From assembly GCA_046563655.1 (NCBI GenBank), contig CM102289.1, positions 10,106,001-10,170,000 on the forward strand: a stretch of 64,000 nt of DNA, in the 5' to 3' direction. This document shows positions 54,810 through 64,000 of the stretch, one piece after another. Under the pieces are notes generated by a model. The model saw only the letters and a program-made list of their open reading frames with translations. It was not told the origin of the DNA and made no database searches. The DNA comes from Yuukianura sp. NJ FZ-2021 (Eukaryota). Position numbers and translations under genes: made by a program. How positions within the stretch are numbered: position 1 is the stretch's first letter; each line of letters begins with the position of its first letter.

Positions 54810-55550
54810 GAACTCCGGGATTTGTTATCTGACATCAAACATAATGTATTCTTTGTGATATAACGTATTCCGGAGTTTTAACATGCGTAATTAGCCTAAT
54901 TTATACTATTGTACCAAAACCATGGTCGCAGCTACTTGCGATAACTACGATTGCTGATTACACCTTAAGTAATCGATTTAAAATCCTGAAATGTGTTATG
55001 TCAGCTTGTAATCGATTGGTTCTTTGCCGTATAACGTATTCCAGAGTTTTAAAATGCTTAATTAGCTTTAATTTTCACTTTTGTGCCAAACTCACGATCG
55101 CATGTACCTGCGATGTCTGCGATTCCAGATTACTCGTAGAGTAATCGATTTAAAATCCTGAAATGTGTTAAATCGACTTGTAATTAATTAGTTCTTTCCC
55201 ATATAACGTATTCCGGAGTTTTAAAGTGCTTAATTAGCTTCATTTTTCACTATTGAACCAAAATCTTGATCGCCAGTACTTGCGATTTCTACGATTGCTG
55301 ATTACGCCTAAAGTAATCGATTTAAAATCCTGAAATGTGTTATATCAGCTTGTAATCGATTAGTTCTTTGCCAAATGACGTATTCCAGAATTTTAATTTG
55401 CATAATTAAGCTAATTAGCGCCTATTGTCCTCAAATTCAGTTTTTGCTTAATTATTCAGTAACTATGCAAATTAAAATTCTGGAATACGTTATCTCGACT
55501 AGTAATTGATTAGTTCTTTGCCGTATTACGTATTCCAGAATTTTAAGATG
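54810..55550. repeat. ~172-bp tandem repeat, copy 2
   Basis: Near-identical to 36670-37410. Confidence 0.8.
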
Positions 55551-55785
55551 ACGTTTAGCTCTATTGTCTTAACGCTATTGTGAAAAAAACGCTTTTTTCG
55601 TCGGAAAAACGTTTCGGAGATGGCCGAATTTGGTGTCAAAAGATCGGAAATTTAAAATAGTATCGATTTTGACACCAAAATCTCGCCTATCGGTGGATTT
55701 TGGAGTTTTTTTTTGCAAAAAACATGATTTTTTGGCAAAAAAACACAACATAAATACAAGTTTTGATCCCTATCTTCTCAGTGTT

Positions 55786-55858
55786 GGCATAGTAGCTTAC
55801 AGGTATAGAGCGGGCCTGTTTAGCACTATGGACGGTGGTTCGAGTCCACCCAGCGGTG
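55786..55858 (+). mobile_element. tRNA-derived SINE-like head, copy 2
   Basis: Near-identical to 37648-37720. Confidence 0.6.
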
Positions 55859-56246
55859 TGGGTATTTAGAGACGCCGTAGCTATGCACCAGGCTCTCCTA
55901 CCCCCCGTGTTGTTTGTTTGGGGGGTAGGGTTAGAGTAGGTTTGGATAGGTTCGGTGTTCATCGAGTTGGTTCATCGAATGGGTTCTCAATGAACGCATA
56001 AGCACTAATGCTTGGTGGATGAACGATGAACGCGAATACAATAACGCTTGGTCGATGAACACTCAAGCTCATGCTGCAATACTAGAATTTGGGAAAACAG
56101 GGTTCGTAATGGGATATGGAAATGGCAAAATTCCGAAAATCCTAAAACACTAAAAACCTAAAGAGCAAAACTCCCAAAATCCGAAAATCCTAAAACACTA
56201 AAATCCTAAAGAGCAAAACTCCCAAATTCCGAAAATCCTAAAACAC

Positions 56247-56520
56247 TAGGGGTCAACCATTTCTTTGCACTTCATCGCAGTTTGAGTTGGCAGTTGGAAA
56301 TCTGCGAGAGTGCGAGAGTGCGAAAGAGATATTTATAGAAGCCTCTGAGGGTCGCAGATTTTTGAGTTGGAAAAAGAAAATTGCACTTCTCCTGATTGTC
56401 TGTTGGGTACAGGCGGGTACAGGCGAACTCAAAAAATCTGCGATCGCTCGCACTTTACCAACAGCTGATCAAGTGCGAGAGTGCCACTGCAATTTTCTGC
56501 GAGGAAATGGTTGACCCCTA
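56247..56520. mobile_element. 274-bp MITE, copy 2
   Basis: Same TIRs and same insertion point as 38109-38382. Confidence 0.88.
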
Positions 56521-57992
56521 CTAAAATCCTAAAGAGCAAAACTCCCAAAATCCGAAAATCCTAAAACACTAAAATCCTAAAGAGCAAAACTCCCAAAATC
56601 CGAAAATCCTAAAACACTAAAAACCTAAAAAGCAAAATTCCCAAAATCCGAAAATCCTAAAACACTAAAAACCTAAAAAGCAAAATTCCCAAAATCCGAA
56701 AATCCTAAAACACTAAAAACCTAAAGAGCAAAATTCCCAAAATCTGCGAGAATATTAAAACACTAAAAACCTAAAGAGCAAAATTCCCAAAATCCGAAAA
56801 TCCTAAAACACTAAAAACCTAAAGAGCAAAATTCGAAAATCCGAAAATCCTAAAACACTAAAACCCTAAACTACAAAATTCCCAAAATCCGAAAACCCTA
56901 AAGTCCGAAAACACTAAAATCCTAAACCGCAAAATCCCTAAAATCCGAAAATCCTTGAGTCCTAAAACACTAAAATCCTAAACTACAAGATTCCCAAAAT
57001 TCCCAAAATCCGAAAATCCTAAAACACTAAAAACCTAAAGAGCAAAATTCCCAAAATCCGAAAATCCTAAAACACTAAAAACCTAAAGAGCAAAATTCCC
57101 AAAATCCGAAAATCCTAAAACACTAAAAACCTAAAGAGCAAAATTCCCAAAATCCGAAAATCCTAAAACACTAAAAACCTAAAGAGCAAAATTCCCAAAA
57201 TCCGAAAATCCTAAAACACTAAAAACCTAAAGAGCAAAATTCCCAAAATCCGAAAATCCTAAAGTCCTAAAACACTAAAATCCTAAAGAGCAAAATTCCC
57301 AAAATCCGAAAATCCTAAAACACTAAAAACCTAAAGAGTCCCAAAATTCCCAAAATCCGAAAATCCTAAAACACTAAAAACCTAAAGAGCAAAATTCCCA
57401 AAATCCGAAAATCCTAAAACACTAAAAACCTAAAGAGCAAAATTCCCAAAATCCGAAAATCCTAAAACACTAAAAACCTAAAGAGCAAAATTCCCAAAAT
57501 CCGAAAATCCTAAAACACTAAAAACCTAAAGAGCAAAATTCCCAAAATCCGAAAATCCTAAAACACGAAGGAGCAAAATTCCCAAAATCCGAAAATCCTA
57601 AAACACTAAAAACCTAAAGAGCAAAATTCCCAAAATCCGAAAATCCTAAAACACTAAAAACCTAAAGAGCAAAATTCCCAAAATCCGAAAATCCTAAAAC
57701 ACTAAAAACCTAAAGAGCAAAATTCCCAAAATCCGAAAATCCTAAAACACTAAAAACCTAAAGAGCAAAATTCCCAAAATCCGAAAATCCTAAAACACAA
57801 AAATCCTAAAGAGCAAAAGTCCCAAAATCCGAAAATCCTAAAACACGAAGAAGCAAAATTCCCAAAATCCGAAAATCCTAAAACACTAAAAACCTAAAGA
57901 GCAAAATTCCCAAAATCCGAAAATCCTAAAACACTAAAAACCTAAAGAGCAAAATTCCCAAAATCCGAAAATCCTAAAACACTAAAAACCTA

Positions 57993-58820
57993 ATGTTCGT
58001 CTAAAAACGCAAGGCCCTTTGTTTATTCTCAAAATCCGAAAATCCTAAAACACTAAAAACCTAAAGAGCAAAATTGTATACACCGGCGCAAAATCCGAAA
58101 ATCCTAAAACACTTGACAAAAACCATTTCTTTGTCAGTTTTTCTCTTATCATTTTCTGGTTCACTTTTTTCAAAGTTAGCAATTAATTCCCAAAATCCGA
58201 ATTACTGCAATGCCTAAAACACTAAAAACCTAGAAGAGCAAGAATTCCCAATCGAATCCTCATAGAAAATCCTAAGAAACACTAAAAACCTAAAGAGCAA
58301 TTTAATTCCCAAAGATCCGACAAGTATACCTAAAACACTAAAAACCTAAAGTTAGCAAAATTCCCAAAATCCGAAAATTTGCTGTTTGTTTGTCTAAAAC
58401 ACTAAAATGTACCTAAAGAGCAATTAATTCCCAAAATTGTCCGAAAATCCTAAAACACTAAGGAAACCTACAAGAGCAAAATTCCCAAAATCCGAAAATC
58501 CTAAAACACTAAAAACCTAAAGAGCGAAATTCCCAAAATCCACTGTGGCCTGCATGTTGTCGTCATGTGGAGGAACTGGAAAATCCTAAAACACGAAGGA
58601 GCAAAATTCTCAAAAGTTCGAAAATCCTAAAGCACTAAAAATCTAAAGAGCTTGGAAACGATTCCCAAAATCCGAAAATCCTAAAACACTAAAAACCTAA
58701 AGAGCAAAATTCCCAAATGATCCGAAAATCCTAAAACACTAAAGTAACCTAAAGAGCAACAACTTCCCAAAATCAGCGAAATTTATGTAAACAAAGGACC
58801 TTGCGTTTTTAGACGAACAT
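57993..58820. mobile_element. TA-flanked TIR element (~830 bp) with a satellite-scrambled interior
   Basis: TIR ATGTTCGTCTAAAAACGCAAGG / CCTTGCGTTTTTAGACGAACAT; TA duplicated at 57991-57992 and 58821-58822 within the satellite motif AAACC-TA-AAGAGC. Confidence 0.75.
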
Positions 58821-61800
58821 TAAAGAGCAAAATTCCCAAAATCCGAAAATCCTAAAACACTAAAAACCTAAAGAGCAAAATTCCCAAAATCCGAAAATCC
58901 TAAAACACTAAAAACCTAAAGAGCAAAATTCCCAAAATCCGAAAATCCTAAAACACTAAAAACCTAAAGAGCAAAATTCCCAAAAGCCGAAAATCCTAAA
59001 ACCCTAAAGAGCAAAATTCCCAAAATCCTAAAGTCCTAAAACACTAAAAACCTAAAGAGCAAAAAAATCCTTGAGTCCTAAAACACTAAAATCCTAAACT
59101 ACAAGATTCCCAAAATTCCCAAAATCCGAAAATCCTAAAACACTAAAAACCTAAAGAGCAAAATTCCCAAAATCCGAAAATCCTAAAACACTAAAAACCT
59201 AAAGAGCAAAATTCCCAAAATCCGAAAATCCTAAAACACTAAAAACCTAAAGAGCAAAATTCCCAAAATCCGAAAATCCTAAAACACTAAAAACCTAAAG
59301 AGCAAAATTCCCAAAATCCGAAAATCCTAAAACACTAAAAACCTAAAGAGCAAAATTCCCAAAATCCGAAAATCCTAAAACACTAAAAACCTAAAGAGCA
59401 AAATTCCCAAAATCCGAAAATCCTAAAACACTAAAAACCTAAAGAGCAAAATTCCCAAAATCCGAAAATCCTAAAACACTAAAAACCTAAAGAGCAAAAT
59501 TCCCAAAATCCGAAAATCCTAAAACACTAAAAACCTAAAGAGCAAAATTCCCAAAATCCGAAAATCCTAAAACACTAAAAACCTAAAGAGCAAAATTCCC
59601 AAAATCCGAAAATCCTAAAACACTAAAAACCTAAAGAGCAAAATTCCCAAAATCCGAAAATCCTAAAACACGAAGGAGCAAAATTCCCAAAATCCGAGGA
59701 AATCCTAAAACCCTACTAAAAACCTAAAGAGCAAAATTCCCAAAATCCGAAAATCCTAAAACACTAAAAACCTAAAGAGCAAAATTCCCAAAATCCGAAA
59801 ATCCTAAAACACTAAAAACCTAAAGAGCAAAATTCCCAAAATCCGAAAATCCTAAAACACTAAAAACCTAAAGAGCAAAATTCCCAAAATCCGAAAATCC
59901 TAAAACACTAAAAACCTAAAGAGCAAAATTCCCAAAATCCGAAAATCCTAAAACACTAAAAACCTAAAGAGCAAAATTCCCAAAATCCGAAAATCCTAAA
60001 ACACTAAAAACCTAAAGAGCAAAATTCCCAAAATCCGAAAATCCTAAAACACTAAAAACCTAAAGAGCAAAATTCCCAAAATCCGAAAATCCTAAAACAC
60101 TAAAAACCTAAAGAGCAAAATTCCCAAAATCCGAAAATCCTAAAGTCCTAAAACACTAAAAACCTAAAGAGCAAAATTCCCAAAATCCGAAAATCCTTGA
60201 GTCCTAAAACACTAAAATCCTAAACTACAAGATTCCCAAAATTCCCAAAATCCGAAAATCCTAAAACACTAAAAACCTAAAGAGCAAAATTCCCAAAATC
60301 CGAAAATCCTAAAACACTAAAAACCTAAAGAGCAAAATTCCCAAAATCCGAAAATCCTAAAACACTAAAAACCTAAAGAGCAAAATTCCCAAAATCCGAA
60401 AATCCTAAAACACTAAAAACCTAAAGAGCAAAATTCCCAAAATCCGAAAATCCTAAAACACTAAAAACCTAAAGAGCAAAATTCCCAAAATCCGAAAATC
60501 CTAAAACACTAAAAACCTAAAGAGCAAAATTCCCAAAATCCGAAAATCCTAAAACACGAAGGAGCAAAATTCTCAAAATTCGAAAATCCTAAAACACTAA
60601 AAATCTAAAGAGCAAAATTCCCAAAATCCGAAAATCCTAAAACACTAAAAACCTAAAGAGCAAAATTCCCAAAATCCGAAAATCCTAAAACACTAAAAAC
60701 CTAAAGAGCAAAATTCCCAAAATCCGAAAATCCTAAAACACTAAAAACCTAAAGAGCAAAATTCCCAAAATCCGAAAATCCTAAAACACGAAGGAGCAAA
60801 ATTCTCAAAATTCGAAAATCCTAAAACACTAAAAACCTAAAGAGCAAAATTCCCAAAATCCGAAAATCCTAAAACACTAAAAACCTAAAGAGCAAAATTC
60901 CCAAAATCCGAAAATCCTAAAACACTAAAAACCTAAAGAGCAAAATTCCCAAAATCCGAAAATTCCTAAAACACGAAGAAGCAAAATTCCCAAAATCCGA
61001 AAATCCTAAAACACTAAAAACCTAAAGAGCAAAACTCCCAAAATCCGAAATTCCTAAAACACGAAGAAGCAAAATTCCCAAAATCCGAAATTCCTAAAAC
61101 ACGAAGAAGCAAAATTCCCAAAATCCGAAAATCCTAAAACACTAAAAACCTAAAAAGCAAAATTCCCAAAATCCGAAAATCCTAAAACACTAAAAACCTA
61201 AAGAGCAAAATTCCCAAAATCCGAAAATCCTAAAACACTAAAAACCTAAAGAGCAAAATTCCCAAAATCCGAAAATCCTAAAACACGAAAGAGCAAAATT
61301 CCCAAAATTCGAAAATCCTAAAACACTAAAAATCTAAAGAGCAAAATTCCCAAAATCCGAAAATCCTAAAACACTAAAAACCTAAAGAGCAAAATTCCCA
61401 AAATCCGAAAATCCTAAAACACTAAAAACCTAAAGAGCAAAATTCCCAAAATCCGAAAATCCTAAAACACTAAAAACCTAAAGAGCAAAATTCCCAAAAT
61501 CCGAAAATCCTAAAACACTAAAAACCTAAAGAGCAAAATTCCCAAAATCCGAAAATCCTAAAACACTAAAAACCTAAAGAGCAAAATTCCCAAAATCCGA
61601 AAATCCTAAAACACTAAAAACCTAAAGAGCAAAATTCCCAAAATCCGAAAATCCTAAAACACTAAAAACCTAAAGAGCAAAATTCCCAAAATCCGAAAAT
61701 CCTAAAACACGAAGGAGCAAAATTCTCAAAATTCGAAAATCCTAAAACACTAAAAATCTAAAGAGCAAAATTCCCAAAATCCGAAAATCCTAAAACACTA

Positions 61801-64000
61801 AAAACCTAAAGAGCAAAATTCCCAAAATCCGAAAATCCTAAAACACTAAAAACCTAAAGAGCAAAATTCCCAAAATCCGAAAATCCTAAAACACTAAAAA
61901 CCTAAAGAGCAAAATTCCCAAAATCCGAAAATCCTAAAACACTAAAAACCTAAAGAGCAAAATTCCCAAAATCCGAAAATCCTAAAACACTAAAAACCTA
62001 AAGAGCAAAACTTCCAAAATCCGAAAATCCTAAAACACTAAAATCCTAAAGAGCAAAACTCCCAAAATCCGAAAATCCTAAAACACTAAAATCCTAAAGA
62101 GCAAAACTCCCAAAATCCGAAAATCCTAAAACACAAAAATCCTAAAGAGCAAAACTCCCAAAATCCGAAAATCCTAAAACACGAAGAAGCAAAATTCCCA
62201 AAATCCGAAAATCCTAAAACACTAAAAACCTAAAGAGCAAAATTCCCAAAATCCGAAAATCCTAAAACACTAAAAACCTAAAGAGCAAAATTCCCAAAAT
62301 CCGAAAATCCTAAAACACTAAAAACCTAAAGAGCAAAATTCCCAAAATCCGAAAATCCTAAAACACTAAAAACCTAAAGAGCAAAATTCCCAAAATCCGA
62401 AAATCCTAAAACACTAAAAACCTAAAGAGCAAAATTCCCAAAATCCGAAAATCCTAAAACACTAAAAACCTAAAGAGCAAAATTCCCAAAATCCGAAAAT
62501 CCTAAAACACTAAAAACCTAAAGAGCAAAATTCCCAAAATCCGAAAATCCTAAAACACTAAAAACCTAAAGAGCAAAATTCTCAAAATTCGAAAATCCTA
62601 AAACACTAAAAATCTAAAGAGCAAAATTCCCAAAATCCGAAAATCCTAAAACACTAAAAACCTAAAGAGCAAAATTCCCAAAATCCGAAAATCCTAAAAC
62701 ACTAAAAACCTAAAGAGCAAAATTCCCAAAATCCGAAAATCCTAAAACACTAAAAACCTAAAGAGCAAAACTCCCAAAATCCGAAAATCCTAAAACACTA
62801 AAATCCTAAAGAGCAAAACTCCCAAAATCCGAAAATCCTAAAACACGAAGAAGCAAAATTCCCAAAATCCGAAAATCCTAAAACACTAAAAACCTAAAAA
62901 GCAAAATTCCCAAAATCCGAAAATCCTAAAACACTAAAAACCTAAAGAGCAAAATTCCCAAAATCCGAAAATCCTAAAACACTAAAAACCTAAAGAGCAA
63001 AATTCCCAAAATCCGAAAATCCTAAAACACTAAAAACCTAAAGAGCAAAATTCCCAAAATCCGAAAATCCTAAAACACGAAGGAGCAAAATTCTCAAAAT
63101 TCGAAAATCCTAAAACACTAAAAATCTAAAGAGCAAAATTCCCAAAATCCGAAAATCCTAAAACACTAAAAACCTAAAGAGCAAAATTCCCAAAATCCGA
63201 AAATCCTAAAACACTAAAAACCTAAAGAGCAAAATTCCCAAAATCCGAAAATCCTAAAACACGAAGGAGCAAAATTCTCAAAATTCGAAAATCCTAAAAC
63301 ACTAAAAATCTAAAGAGCAAAATTCCCAAAATCCGAAAATCCTAAAACACTAAAAACCTAAAGAGCAAAATTCCCAAAATCCGAAAATCCTAAAACACTA
63401 AAAACCTAAAGAGCAAAATTCCCAAAATCCGAAAATCCTAAAACACTAAAAACCTAAAGAGCAAAATTCCCAAAATCCGAAAATCCTAAAACACTAAAAA
63501 CCTAAAGAGCAAAATTCCCAAAATCCGAAAATCCTAAAACACGCCTAAAGAGCAAAACTTCTCAAAATTCGAAAATCCTAAAACACTAAAAATCTAAAGA
63601 GCAAAATTCCCAAAATCCGAAAATCCTAAAACACAAAAAACCTAAAGAGCAAAATTCCCAAAATCCGAAAATCCTAAAACACTAAAAACCTAAAGAGCAA
63701 AATTCCCAAAATCCGAAAATCCTAAAACACGAAGGAGCAAAATTCTCAAAATTCGAAAATCCTAAAACACTAAAAATCTAAAGAGCAAAATTCCCAAAAT
63801 CCGAAAATCCTAAAACACTAAAAACCTAAAGAGCAAAATTCCCAAAATCCGAAAATCCTAAAACACTAAAAACCTAAAGAGCAAAATTCCCAAAATCCGA
63901 AAATCCTAAAACACGAAGGAGCAAAACTCCCAAAATCCGAAAATCCTAAAACACTAAAATCCTAAAGAGCAAAACTCCCAAAATCCGAAAATCCTAAAAC

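Larger units (their letters stand above)
56123..64000. repeat. 48-bp satellite, copy 2, running off the window end
   Basis: Same unit and same rare variants as 37985-43910. Confidence 0.97.

Noticed and set aside
56123..64000. True telomere at the window end
   Set aside because: The unit is a complex 48-mer, the G-rich strand points away from the right end, and the same array occurs internally at 38-44 kb.

Overview
Eukaryotic (compact, arthropod-like) DNA with short GT-AG introns, running from an ordinary gene region into a repeat-rich region of decayed gene copies. At 1-13.4 kb are two apparently intact convergent genes: an EVI5-type TBC Rab-GAP (+) and an L(3)mbt-like MBT/C2HC/SAM protein (-). 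At 13.5-21.5 kb are disrupted, intron-containing copies of NRDE2, TFIIE-beta and PPWD1. Each lies directly downstream of, and co-oriented with, a shared ~170-250-bp upstream element that ends in a TCT-like initiator. A 49-bp satellite occupies 22.8-26.9 kb. From ~26.9 kb the window holds two tandem copies (offset ~18-19 kb) of one composite unit. The core of the unit is a CTDNEP1/Dullard gene copy split inside one exon by two serial insertions of intron-containing DNA from other loci: an HYOU1 fragment, and a mosaic of an RRM gene, an unknown gene, GOSR2 and RPL30. The junctions carry a 57-bp duplication and templated micro-inverted repeats. The core is followed by a 172-bp repeat, a tRNA-derived SINE head, a MITE and a 48-bp satellite built from six 8-mers. 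Insertions private to one copy are a hAT-type fold-back MITE (copy 1), a 180-bp TG..CA solo LTR carrying a tRNA-like Pol III cassette (copy 2), and a TA-flanked element with a satellite-scrambled interior that is probably a consensus artefact (copy 2). All identifications are by eye from translated sequence and recalled family motifs; no searches were run.
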